Shown in pieces: positions 27,401 through 42,400 of a stretch of 64,000 nt of DNA (the first letter of the stretch is position 1; each line of letters opens with the position of its first letter). A program made the position numbers and the translations under genes. The DNA comes from Owenia fusiformis (Eukaryota). The stretch lies in assembly GCA_903813345.2 (NCBI GenBank), contig CAIIXF020000001.1, positions 24,924,001 to 24,988,000 on the forward strand, given 5' to 3'. The notes below the pieces were generated by a model. It was not told the origin of the DNA, made no database searches, and worked only from the letters and a program-made list of their open reading frames with translations.

Positions 27401-30400
27401 CAAGTACAGTGGCTGACACAACTACAGCTGATGCTACAACAACAGTTGCTGATGCAACAACGGCTGATGTTACAACAACAGTAGCTGACACAACTACAGT
27501 GGCTGACGCAACTACGGCAGATACTACAGCAGCTGATGCTACAACTACAGTGGCTGACACAACTGCAGCTGATGCTACAACAACAGTTGCTGATGCAACA
27601 ACGGCTGATGTTACAACAGCAGTTGCTGACACAACTACAGTGGCTGACGCAACTACGGCAGATACTACAGCAGCTGATGCTACAAGTACAGTGGCTGACA
27701 CAACTACAGCTGATGCTACAACAACAGTTGCTGATGCAACAACGGCTGATGTTACAACAACAGTAGCTGACAAAACTACAGCAGCTGATGCTACATCTAC
27801 AGTGGCTGACACAACTGCAGCTGATGCTACAACAACAGTTGCTGATGCAACAACGGCTGATGTTACAACAGCAGTTGCTGACACAACTACAGTGGCTGAC
27901 GCAACTACGGCAGATTCTACAGCAGCTGATGCTACAAGTACAGTGGCTGACACAACTACAGCTGATGCTACAACAACAGTTGCTGATGCAACAACGGCTG
28001 ATGTTACAACAACAGTAGCTGACACAACTACAGTGGCTGACGCAACTACGGCAGATACTACAGCAGCTGATGCTACAACTACAGTGGCTGACACAACTGC
28101 AGCTGATGCTACAACAACAGTTGCTGATGCAACAACGGCTGATGTTACAACAGCAGTTGCTGACACAACTACAGTGGCTGACGCAACTACGGCAGATACT
28201 ACAGCAGCTGATGCTACAAGTACAGTGGCTGACTCAACTACAGCTGATGCTACAACAACAGTTGCTGATGCAACAACGGCTGATGTTACAACAGCAGTTG
28301 CTGACACAACTACAGTGGCTGACGCAACTACGGCAGATACTACAGCAGCTGATGCTACAAGTACAGTGGCTGACACAACTACAGCTGATGCTACAACAAC
28401 AGTTGCTGATGCAACAACGGCTGATGTTACAACAACAGTAGCTGACACAACTACACTGGCTGACGCAACTACGCCAGATACTACAGCAGCTGATGCTACA
28501 ACTACAGTGGCTGACACAACTGCAGCTGATGCTACAACAACAGTTGCTGATGCAACAACGGCTGATGTTACAACAGCAGTTGCTGACACAACTACAGTGG
28601 CTGACGCAACTACGGCAGATTCTACAGCAGCTGATGCTACAAGTACAGTGGCTGACACAACTACAGCTGATGCTACAACAACAGTTGCTGATGCAACAAC
28701 GGCTGATGTTACAACAACAGTAGCTGACACAACTACAGTGGCTGACGCAACTACGGCAGATACTACAGCAGCTGATGCTACAACTACAGTGGCTGACACA
28801 ACTGCAGCTGATGCTACAACAACAGTTGCTGATGCAACAACGGCTGATGTTACAACAGCAGTTGCTGACACAACTACAGTGGCTGACGCAACTACGGCAG
28901 ATTCTACAGCAGCTGATGCTACAAGTACAGTGGCTGACACAACTACAGCTGATGCTACAACAACAGTTGCTGATGCAACAACGGCTGATGTTACAACAAC
29001 AGTAGCTGACACAACTACAGTGGCTGACGCAACTACGGCAGATACTACAGCAGCTGATGCTACAACTACAGTGGCTGACACAACTGCAGCTGATGCTACA
29101 ACAACAGTTGCTGATGCAACAACGGCTGATGTTACAACAGCAGTTGCTGACACAACTACAGTGGCTGACGCAACTACGGCAGATACTACAGCAGCTGATG
29201 CTACAAGTACAGTGGCTGACACAACTACAGCTGATGCTACAACAACAGTTGCTGATGCAACAACGGCTGATGTTACAACAACAGTAGCTGACAAAACTAC
29301 AGCAGCTGATGCTACATCTACAGTGGCTGACACAACTGCAGCTGATGCTACAACAACAGTTGCTGATGCAACAACGGCTGATGTTACAACAGCAGTTGCT
29401 GACACAACTACAGTGGCTGACGCAACTACGGCAGATTCTACAGCAGCTGATGCTACAAGTACAGTGGCTGACACAACTACAGCTGATGCTACAACAACAG
29501 TTGCTGATGCAACAACGGCTGATGTTACAACAACAGTAGCTGACACAACTACAGTGGCTGACGCAACTACGGCAGATACTACAGCAGCTGATGCTACAAC
29601 TACAGTGGCTGACACAACTGCAGCTGATGCTACAACAACAGTTGCTGATGCAACAACGGCTGATGTTACAACAGCAGTTGCTGACACAACTACAGTGGCT
29701 GACGCAACTACGGCAGATACTACAGCAGCTGATGCTACAAGTACAGTGGCTGACTCAACTACAGCTGATGCTACAACAACAGTTGCTGATGCAACAACGG
29801 CTGATGTTACAACAACAGTAGCTGACACAACTACAGTGGCTGACGCAACTACGGCAGATTCTACAGCAGCTGATGCTACAACTACAATGGCTGACACAAC
29901 TGCAGCTGATGCTACAACAACAGTTGCTGATGCAACAACGGCTGATGTTACAACAACAGTAGCTGACACAACTACAGTGGCTGACGCAACTACGGCAGAT
30001 ACTACAGCAGCTGATGCTACAACTACAGTGGCTGACACAACTGCAGCTGATGCTACAACAACAGTTGCTGATGCAACAACGGCTGATGTTACAACAGCAG
30101 TTGCTGACACAACTACAGTGGCTGACGCAACTACGGCAGATTTTACAGCAGCTGATGCTACAAGTACAGTGGCTGACACAACTACAGCTGATGCTACAAC
30201 AACAGTTGCTGATGCAACAACGGCTGATGTTACAACAACAGTAGCTGACACAACTACAGTGGCTGACGCAACTACGGCAGATACTACAGCAGCTGATGCT
30301 ACAACTACAGTGGCTGACACAACTGCAGCTGATGCTACAACAACAGTTGCTGATGCAACAACGGCTGATGTTACAACAGCAGTTGCTGACACAACTACAG

Positions 30401-33400
30401 TGGCTGACGCAACTACGGCAGATACTACAGCAGCTGATGCTACAAGTACAGTGGCTGACAAAACTACAGCTGATGCTACAACAACAGTTGCTGATGCAAC
30501 AACGGCTGATGTTACAACATCAGTAGCTGACACAACTACAGCAGCTGATGCTACAACTACAGTGGCTGACACAACTGCAGCTGATGCTACAACAACAGTT
30601 GCTGATGCAACAACGGCTGATGTTACAACAACAGTAGCTGACACAACTACAGTGGCTGACGCAACTACGGCAGATACTACAGCAGCTGATGCTACAACTA
30701 CAGTGGCTGACACAACTACAGCTGATGCTACAACAACAGTTGCTGATTCAACAACGGCTGATGTTACAACAACAGTAGCTGACACAACTACAGTGGCTGA
30801 CGCAACTACGGCAGATACTACAGCAGCTGATGCTACAAGTACAGTGGCTGACACAACTACAGCTGATGCTACAACAACAGTTGCTGATGCAACAACGGCT
30901 GATGTTACAACAACAGTAGCTGACACAACTACAGTGGCTGACGCAACTACGGCAGATACTACAGCAGCTGATGCTACAACTACAGTGGCTGACACAACTG
31001 CAGCTGATGCTACAACAACAGTTGCTGATGCAACAACGGCTGATGTTACAACAGCAGTTGCTGACACAACTACAGTGGCTGACGCAACTACGGCAGATTT
31101 TACAGCAGCTGATGCTACAAGTACAGTGGCTGACACAACTACAGCTGATGCTACAACAACAGTTGCTGATGCAACAACGGCTGATGTTACAACAACAGTA
31201 GCTGACACAACTACAGTGGCTGACGCAACTACGGCAGATACTACAGCAGCTGATGCTACAACTACAGTGGCTGACACAACTGCAGCTGATGCTACAACAA
31301 CAGTTGCTGATGCAACAACGGCTGATGTTACAACAGCAGTTGCTGACACAACTACAGTGGCTGACGCAACTACGGCAGATACTACAGCAGCTGATGCTAC
31401 AAGTACAGTGGCTGACACAACTACAGCTGATGCTACAACAACAGTTGCTGATGCAACAACGGCTGATGTTACAACAACAGTAGCTGACACAACTACAGCA
31501 GCTGATGCTACAACTACAGTGGCTGACACAACTGCAGCTGATGCTACAACAACAGTTGCTGATGCAACAACGGCTGATGTTACAACAACAGTAGCTGACA
31601 CAACTACAGTGGCTGACGCAACTACGGCAGATACTACAGCAGCTGATGCTACAACTACAGTGGCTGACACAACTACAGCTGATGCTACAACAACAGTTGC
31701 TGATTCAACAACGGCTGATGTTACAACAACAGTAGCTGACACAACTACAGTGGCTGACGCAACTACGGCAGATACTACAGCAGCTGATGCTACAACTACA
31801 GTGGCTGACACAACTACAGCTGATGCTACAACAACAGTTGCTGATGCAAGAACGGCTGATGTTACAACAACAGTAGCTGACACAACTACAGTGGCTGACG
31901 CAACTACGGCAGATACTACAGCAGCTGATGCTACAACTACAGTGGCTGACACAACTACAGCTGATGCTACAACAACAGTTGCTGATGCAACAACGGCTGA
32001 TGTTACAACAACAGTAGCTGACACAACTACAGTGGCTGACGCAACTACGGCAGATACTACAGCAGCTGATGCTACAACTACAGTGGCTGACACAACTACA
32101 GCTGATGCTACAACAACAGTTGCTGATGCAACAACGGCTGATGTTACAACAACAGTAGCTGGCACAACTACAGTGGCTGACGCAACTACGGCAGATACTA
32201 CAGCAGCTGATGCTACAACTACAGTGGCTGACACAACAATAGCTGATGCTACAACAACTTTTGCTGATGCTACAACGGCTGATGTTACAACAACAGTAGC
32301 TGACACAACTACAGTGGCTGACGCAACTACGGCAGATACTACAGCAGAAGATGCTACAACTACAGTGGCTGACACAACTACAGCTGATGCTACAACAACA
32401 GTTGCTGATGCAACAACGGCTGATGTTACAACAACAGTAGCTGACACAACTACAGTGGCTGACGCAACTATAACAGATACTACAGCAGCTGATGCTACAA
32501 CTACAGTGGCTGACACAACTACAGCTGATGCTACAACAACAGTTGCTGATGCAACAACGGCTGATGTTACAACAACAGTAGCTGACACAACTACAGTGGC
32601 TGACGCAACTACGGCAGATACTACAGCAGCTGATGCTACAACAACAGAGGCTGACACATTTTCAGGTGATGCTACAACAACAGTTGCTGATGCAACAACG
32701 GCTGATGTTACAACAACAGTAGCTGACACAACTACAGTGGCTGACGCAACTACGGCAGATACTACAGCAGCTGATGCTACAACTACAGTGGCTGACACAA
32801 CTACAGCTGATGCTACAACAACAGTTGCTGATGCAACAACGGCTGATGCTACAACAACAGTAGCTGACACAACTACAGTGGCTGACGCAACTACGGCAGA
32901 TACTACAGCAGCTGATGCTACAACAACAGAGGCTGACACATTTTCAGGTGATGCTACAACAACAGTTGCTGATGCAACAACGGCTGATGTTACAACAACA
33001 GTAGCTGACACAACTACAGTGGCTGACGCAACTACGGCAGATACTACAGCAGCTGATTCTACAACTACAGTGGCTGACACAACTACAGCTGATGCTACAA
33101 CAACAGTTGCTGATGCAAAAACGGCTGATGTTACAACAACAGTAGCTGACACAACTACAGTGGCTGACGCAACTACGGCAGATACTACAGCAGCTGATGC
33201 TACAACTACAGTGGCTGACACAACTACAGCTGATGCTACAACAACAGTTGCTGATGCAACAACGGCTGATGTTACAACAACAGTAGCTGGCACAACTACA
33301 GTGGCTGACGCAACTACGGCAGATACTACAGCAGCTGATGCTACAACTACAGTGGCTGACACAACAACAGCTGATGCTACAACAACTTTTGCTGATGCTA

Positions 33401-36400
33401 CAACGGCTGATGTTACAACAACAGTAGCTGACACAACTACAGTGGCTGACGCAACTACGGCAGATACTACAGCAGCTGATGCTACAAGTACAGTGGCTGA
33501 CACAACTACAGCTGATGCTACAACAACAGTTGCTGATGCAACAACGGCTGATGCTACAACAACAGTAGCTGACACAACTACAGTGGCTGACGCAACTACG
33601 GCAGATACTACAGCAGCTGATGCTACAACAACAGAGGCTGACACATTTTCAGGTGATGCTACAACAACAGTTGCTGATGCAACAACGGGTGATGTTACAA
33701 CAACAGTAGCTGACACAACTACAGTGGTTGACGCAACTACGGCAGATACTACAGCAGCTGATGCTACAACTACAGTGGCTGACACAACTACAGCTGATGC
33801 TACAACAACAGTTGCTGATGCAAAAACGGCTGATGTTACAACAACAGTAGCTGACACAACTACAGTGGCTGACGCAACTACGGCAGATACTACAGCAGCT
33901 GATGCTACAACTACAGTGGCTGACACAACTACAGCTGATGCTACAACAACAGTTGCTGATGCAACAACGGCTGATGTTACAACAACAGTAGCTGACACAA
34001 CTACAGTGGCTGACGCAACTACGGCAGATACTAAAGCAGCTGATGCTACAAGTACAGTGGCTGACACAACTACAGCTGATGCTACAACAACAGTTGCTGA
34101 TGCAACAACGGCTGATGTTACAACAACAGTAGCTGACACAACTACAGTGGCTGACGCAACTACGGCAGATACTACAGCAGCTGATGCTACAACTACAGTG
34201 GCTGACACAACTACAGCTGATGCTACCACAACAGTTGCTGATGCAACAACGGCTGATGTTACAACAACAGTAGCTGACACAACTACAATGGCTGACGCAA
34301 CTACGGCAGATACTACAGCAGCTGATGCTACAACAACAGTGGCTGACACAACTACAGAGGCTGACGCAACTACGGCAGATACTACAGCAGCTGATGCTAC
34401 AACTACAGTGGCTGACACAACTACAGCTGATGCTACAACAACAGTTGCTGATGCTACAACGGCTGATGTTACAACAACAGTAGCTGACACAACTACAGTG
34501 GCTGACGCAACTACGGCAGATACTACAGCAGCTGATGCTACAACTACAGTGGCTGACACAACTACAGCTGATGCTACAACAACAGTTGCTGATGCAACAA
34601 CGGCTGATGCTACAACAACAGTAGCTGACACAACTACAGTGGCTGACGCAACTACGGCAGATACTACAGCAGCTGATGCTACAACAACAGAGGCTGACAC
34701 ATTTTCAGGTGATGCTACAACAACAGTTGCTGATGCAACAACGGCTGATGTTACAACAACAGTAGCTGACACAACTCCAGTGGCTGACGCAACTACGGCA
34801 GATACTACAGCAGCTGATGCTACAACTACAGTGGCTGACACAACTACAGCTGATGCTACAACAACAGTTGCTGATGCAACAACGGCTGATGCTACAACAA
34901 CAGTAGCTGACACAACTACAGTGGCTGACGCAACTACGGCAGATACTACAGCAGCTGATGCTACAACAACAGAGGCTGACACATTTTCAGGTGATGCTAC
35001 AACAACAGTTGCTGATGCAACAACGGCTGATGTTACAACAACAGTAGCTGACACAACTACAGTGGCTGACGCAACTACGGCAGATACTACAGCAGCTGAT
35101 GCTACAACTACAGTGGCTGACACAACTACAGCTGATGCTACAACAACAGTTGCTGATGCAAAAACGGCTGATGTTACAACAACAGTAGCTGACACAACTA
35201 CAGTGGCTGACGCAACTACGGCAGATACTACAGCAGCTGATGCTACAACTACAGTGGCTGACACAACTACAGCTGATGCTACAACAACAGTTGCTGATGC
35301 AACAACGGCTGATGTTACAACAACAGTAGCTGGCACAACTACAGTGGCTGACGCAACTACGGCAGATACTACAGCAGCTGATGCTACAACTACAGTGGCT
35401 GACACAACAACAGCTGATGCTACAACAACTTTTGCTGATGCTACAACGGCTGATGTTACAACAAAAGTAGCTGACACAACTACAGTGGCTGACGCAACTA
35501 CGGCAGATACTACAGCAGCTGATGCTACAACTACAGTGGCTGACACAACTACAGCTGATGCTACAACAACAGTTCCTGATGCAACAACGGCTGATGTTAC
35601 AACAACAGTAGCTGACACAACTACAGTGGCTGACGCAACTACGGCAGATACAACAGCAGCTGATGCTACAACAACAGAGGCTGACACATTTTCAGGTGAT
35701 GCTACAACAACAGTTGCTGATGCAACAACGGCTGATGTTACAACAACAGTAGCTGACACAACTACAGTGGCTGATGCAACTACGGCAGATACTACAGCAG
35801 CTGATGCTACAACTACAGTGGCTAACACAACTACAGCTGATGCTACAACAACAGTTGCTGCTGCAACAACGGCTGATGTTACAACAACAGTAGCTGACAC
35901 AACTACAGTGGCTGACGCAACTACGGCAGATACTACAGCAGCTGATGCTACAAGTACAGTGGCTGACACAACTACAGCTGATGCTACAACAACAGTTGCT
36001 GATGCAACAACGGCTGATGTTACAACAACAGTAGCTGACACAACTACAGCAGCTGATGCTACAACTACAGTGGCTGACACAACTGCAGCTGATGCTACAA
36101 CTACAGTGGCTGACGCAACTACGGCAGATTTTACAGCAGCTGATGCTACAAGTACAGTGGCTGACACAACTACAGCTGATGCTACAACAACAGTTGCTGA
36201 TGCAACAACGGCTGATGTTACAACAACAGTAGCTGACACAACTACAGTGGCTGACGCAACTACGGCAGATACTACAGCAGCTGATGCTACAACTACAGTG
36301 GCTGACACAACTGCAGCTGATGCTACAACAACAGTTGCTGATGCAACAACGGCTGATGTTACAACAGCAGTTGCTGACACAACTATAGTGGCTGACGCAA

Positions 36401-39400
36401 CTACGGCAGATACTACAGCAGCTGATGCTACAAGTACAGTGGCTGACACAACTACAGCTGATGCTACAACAACAGTTGCTGATGCAACAACGGCTGATGT
36501 TACAACAACAGTAGCTGACACAACTACAGTGGCTGACGCAACTACGGCAGATACTACAGCAGCTGATGCTACAACTACAGTGGCTGACACAACTGCAGCT
36601 GATGCTACAACAACTGTTGCTGATGCAACAACGGCTGATGTTACAACAGCAGTTGCTGACACAACTACAGTGGCTGACGCAACTACGGCAGATACTACAG
36701 CACCTGATGCTACAAGTGCAGTGGCTGACACAACTACAGCTGATGCTACAACAACAGTTGCTGATGCAACAACGGCTGATATTAAAACAACAGTAGCTGA
36801 CACAACTACAGTGGCTGACGCAACTACGGCAGATACTACAGCAGTTGATGCTACAACAACAGTTGCTGATGCAACAACGGCTGATGTTACAACAACAGTA
36901 GCTGACACAACTACATTGGCTGACGCAACTACGGCAGATACTAAAGCAGCTGATGCTACAACTACAGTGGCTGACACAACTGCAGCTGATGCTACAACAA
37001 CAGTTGCTGATGCAACAACGGCTGATGTTACAACAGCAGTTGCTGACACAACTACAGTGGCTGACGCAACTACGGCAGATTCTACAGCAGCTGATGCTAC
37101 AAGTACAGTGGCTGACACAACTACAGCTGATGCTACAACAACAGTTGCTGATGCAACAACGGCTGATGTTACAACAACAGTAGCTGACACAACTACAGTG
37201 GCTGACGCAACTACGGCAGATACTACAGCAGCTGATGCTACAACTACAGTGGCTGACACAACTGCAGCTGATGCTACAACAACAGTTGCTGATGCAACAA
37301 CGGCTGATGTTACAACAGCAGTTGCTGACACAACTACAGTGGCTGACGCAACTACGGCAGATTCTACAGCAGCTGATGCTACAAGTACAGTGGCTGACAC
37401 AACTACAGCTGATGCTACAACAACAGTTGCTGATGCAACAACGGCTGATGTTACAACAACAGTAGCTGACACAACTACAGTGGCTGACGCAACTACGGCA
37501 GATACTACAGCAGCTGATGCTACAACTACAGTGGCTGACACAACTGCAGCTGATGCTACAACAACAGTTGCTGATGCAACAACGGCTGATGTTACAACAG
37601 CAGTTGCTGACACAACTACAGTGGCTGACGCAACTAAGGCAGATACTACAGCAGCTGATGCTACAACTACAGTTACTGACACAACTTTAGCTGATGCTAC
37701 AACAACAGTAGCTGACAAAACAACAGTTGCTGATGCTACAACAACAGTTGCTGATGCAACAACGGCTGATGTTACAACAACAGTAGCTGACACAACTACA
37801 GTGGCTGACGCAACTATGGCAGAAACTAAAGCAGCTGATGCTACAACTACAGTGGCTGACACAACTTTAGCTGATGCTACAACAACAGCTGCTGATGATA
37901 CAACAACAGCTGCTGATGCAACAACGGCTGATGTAACAACAACAGTAGCTGACACAACTACAGTGGCTGACGCAACTACAGCAGATACTACAGCAGTTGA
38001 TGCTACAACTACAGTGGCTGACATAACTTCAGCTGATGCTACAACAGCAGTTGCTGATGCAACAACGGCTGATGTTACAAGAGCAGTTGCTGACACAACT
38101 ACAGTGGCTGGCGCAACTGTGGCAGATAGTACAACAGCTGATGCAACAACTACAATGGCTGACCCAACTACAGCTGATGCTACAACAGTTGCTCAAGCAA
38201 CAACGACTGATGTGACAACAACAGTAGCTGATAAAACTACAGTGGCTGACGCAACTACGGCAGATACTACATCAGCTGATACTACAACACCAGTTGATGG
38301 CACAACTACATTGTCTGACAAAACTACGGCAGATACTACAGCATCACATGACATAACTACAGAGGCTGATACAACTACAGCTGATGCTACAACAAGAGTT
38401 ACCGATGCAACAACGGCTGATGTTACAAAAATAACAGCTGAAACAACTACAGTGGCTGATGCAATTACTGCAGACACTACCTCAGCTGATGCTACAACTA
38501 TAGTGGCTGTCAAAAGTACAGCTGATGCTACAACAGTTGATGATGCAACGACATCTGATGTTACAACAACAGTTGTAGATACAACTACAGTGGCTGATGC
38601 AACTAAGGCAGATCCTACACCAGCTGATGCTACAACTATAATGGCTGACACAACTACAGCTGATGCTATAACAACAGTTGCAGATGCAACAACAACTGAT
38701 GTTACAACAACACGAGCTGACACAACTACAGTAGCTGACGCAACTAGGACAGATACTACAGCAGCTGATGCTACAACTACAGTGGGTATCACAACCACAG
38801 CTGATGCTACAACAACATATGCTAATGCAACAATGGCTGATGTTACAACAGTTGCTGATGAAACAGCGGCTGATGTTACAATAATTGCTTACACTACTAC
38901 AGTGTCTGACGCAACTACGGCAGATACTACAGCATCTGATGCTACAACTACAGTGGCTGTTTCAACTACAGATGATGCAACAACAACAGTGGCATCACCA
39001 ACAACGGCTGGTGTTACAATAACTGCAGCAGCTGATGCTACAACTTCAGTGGTTGACACAACTACAGCTGATGTTACACCGACAGTTGCTGATGTTACAA
39101 CTTCAGGAGTTGAAACAACTACAGTTGATCCTACAACAGTTGCTGATAAAACTACAGCTGATGCTACAACAGTTACAGTTACAACTAAAGCTGATGCTAC
39201 AACAGTTGCAGTTACAACTACAGCTGATGCTACAACAACAGTTGCACTTACAACTACAGTCGATGCTTCAACCACACTGGCAGATATTACAACAGCTGAT
39301 GCTACAACAACAGTTTCTGATAAAACTACAGCTGGTGCTACAACAGTGGCAGAAACTACAACAGCTGGTGCTAAAACAACATTAGCTGATACAACAACTA

Positions 39401-42400
39401 TAGCTGTTACAACAGTTACAATTCCTACTACAACAGCAGCATCAATACTGCAGAATAGTATGTATATTCAAATATATCTAACTACCAATCAGATACATAT
39501 GGATTTCCTCCATTTATTCAAGTTTCAGATAATTAATTTTGACTAAAATAATTCGACTGGTCAGCACAATTGCAAAGTTAGCACACAAAGCAGTCGTTTA
39601 GGGGCTTCTTCATTTGTGAGTAGATAAGTGAATAAGTGATGTGGCTTGACATGCGAAAAAGTCCAGGGGTGTTTTAATTGTGCTTTCCTATCGCCAGATC
39701 CCTCTTTAAGCTACTTGTATTCATACAATGTAGACCATTCAGCTGATGATATGTGACAGCCAAAATCCATTCTCAATGGCCATTAGAGTTTGAAAGGGTC
39801 AAAATCCATCCACAATACTGGTCCATAAAACACAAAAATTCACAATGACCAACAGGAATAAACTATGGCTCATTAATATCAATATCTGCACTCATTCGCA
39901 TCGCTCACTCTTTCAGATATTGATATCAACTCGTGAATAAAAATGATATCACTCAAAATCATAGGATATCCTATACATATTTTATGATGGCTAGTTTGGC
40001 AATTTCTTCTTGAGCAGAAGTCTTCTTACAACAAGTTATCGCCTTATAAAATTAGAACAAGATCCCACGACAATTATCACCAAGATTGCTGGAAAAATGG
40101 AATGGTTGAATGAGATGATGGATGCTTCATCTATACATATTTCATTTGGAAGGAAAATGAAATAGACATGTGATACAGAAACCATGTAAAGTGTTATATC
40201 TCAGCATGATATATATGACTTATCTCTTTTTTTTCCAGGGACGGGTGCAATGTACCCATATGGCAGTGATACTGGAGATACTCAGTTAAAAGTACCTTCT
40301 TGGGATGAACCTGAAAAATTCAAGCTAGAGATGCCTTTCCCATTCTTCAATAAGATGCAAACAAAATTTTATGTAAGCAATATTTCAAATTCACTATAAA
40401 TAACTGTGGCTTACTTTATTATTTTTAGACTTTTAGATATATGAAATACATGTAGCTCTGAACATGGCCATTTACAACAGATAAAAGCATTTAAGCCGGT
40501 TTCAAACTACAAATCAAAAAGTAGACACTGCAGAGTAGATCTTTTTTCAGTATATTTGAAATAATTCATCTTAAATTTCAGTTGAGTGTGCATGGCTTTT
40601 TGAGTTTCACAGAGAATATGGATAACTACAAGCCACAGGCCTTCCCTGTTGGGGACAGTATAAGTGCAATTGCACCATTTTGGACTCCACAAGATCATCT
40701 TGTATCTTTTGAAGTACTTCAAAATCTGTCAGTAGAAGCAGTTCCTTCACAGCTTCAAGAGGCAATTAATGCTACTGTTAATACAGATCAACCAGGCCAA
40801 GTATATTTCAAACAGTACTATCGTTATGGGACACAGGCTTCTTTTTATACCCTTGAGTTGTTAGACGCAATAGGAATTGAGATCAGTAAATACACAGCAA
40901 CACAGTTTCAAGCAAACCTGGCAGTTGTTGCCACTTGGAAAGATGTAACACCAGAGCCATACTGGCACTATTCTGGGAGTCAGGTAACTAACTATTATTT
41001 ACTTGTTTTTTTTATCATTAAAACTGTATAATGCAGTGATTTTTCCAGCAACAAAGAAGATGCCCTGTTGCAAATTTGAAATTTACAAATGCCACAAATA
41101 TGTTTGCAAATGAGCTAGACGCTCACTCCTGAGATATTTTGACCAAAAAGGCTTAAACAGGGATGTCAAAAAAGTCTCTCTTACATTCCTATCATTTTTT
41201 CAGAATGCTACATACCAATTAATCATAGTAAGTGACCTAACAAAGGCTTATGCTATGATTATCTATGACAAAATTAACTTTGGTGGTAACTACCAAAACT
41301 TCAGACAGGCATACAATGGATTCACTGATGGAAATAACTTCAACTACTATAACACATTTGTCTCTGGAACCGGAGCAATGTTTTTCCTTGACCAGATACA
41401 AGGGAATACTGGTAAGTTTTATTGGCTCAATAATTATGTTAAATGTGTTGTTGAAGGAGAAATCAAAGAATTTGAATGGAATTCAATATGATAAATGACT
41501 ATCAAACATCCTAGTGTTACAAACGCTTATAAACTCAAGATTGTAAGTATACTTTAATTTGCAGGTGAGATAGGGAAATGGTTGTTTCCACTGTTCCACA
41601 GCTATGAAACAGCAGATGAAAACTATGCACAGCAATGTATAGAATGGTTTAACACACAAGATAGCAATGCAGTTTTAACTGCCAACACAGAACTACACGA
41701 TTGTCCATGTAGGCTCGATCAGGCTCTTATAGATCCCCGCTTCAAACCATCAGCTTCGATTTCCAGTGAGAAACTATGTGTTGTAACAACATTTGCATCA
41801 AGCACTAATGCAGGAAGGGTAAGTCCACAAACTTTACACTTACTATAAAATTCATGATTGTATGGGGATGTATCTTTAAGACACTGTGTTAAATGAATAG
41901 AATAATGTATCATAGTATCAATTAATAGGTGATCATTAAACATGTATCTTATTGCTCACCTGTCAAGTGATTAGTTTTTGAAAACCTTGAATCTTCCCCA
42001 ATTTAGCAAACCAGATTTTATCCACATTTTTTCGAATTGTTGTTTAACTTTTGAAACTCCAATTTTCTCCTGACATTTTTTAGAAACCCTGATTTTCTCC
42101 AGATTTTTTTCTATAAATCTGGGTTTTCTCCAAATTTTTCACAAAATGAACCCCGAGTTCTTTCCAAACACCCATGATTTAAAATAAAAATATATCTTTC
42201 TTTTCTTGACATGTTTGTTGGTGGTTTTCAGGAATGTTGCTACAGTTGGTTAGATGGTGCATTGAACATTGATCAAACAAATGCAGGTTTCCTCCAGCTA
42301 TACCATGAAGATTACTATAATGAAGAGCACCAACGTGAAGATAAGCTCCCCTATTCATGGTGTTGTGAAAACAGTCAACTCTGTGACTATTATGAATTGG

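Noticed and set aside
15699-39275. Huge antisense Val/Ser/Ala ORFs (6741 aa, 719 aa, 201 aa, 128 aa; also 2144-3502)
   Set aside because: In this antisense frame a stop needs a sense Tyr, His or Gln codon after a pyrimidine. The repeat lacks these, and the ORFs end exactly at the rare ones (TAT 2145, TAT 15700, TAC 17872, CAA 38194, TAC 38890). Passive shadow of the mucin.
559-39385. Dozens of ~76-aa MLQLQWLTQ... ORFs
   Set aside because: +1-frame translations of the repeat, ended by TAG within GTAGCT; they only report the 282-bp periodicity.
39860-39976. Short imperfect hairpin (ATATCAATATCTG...CAGATATTGATAT) as an ncRNA
   Set aside because: Looks like a transposon-end fragment; no features of a known RNA class.
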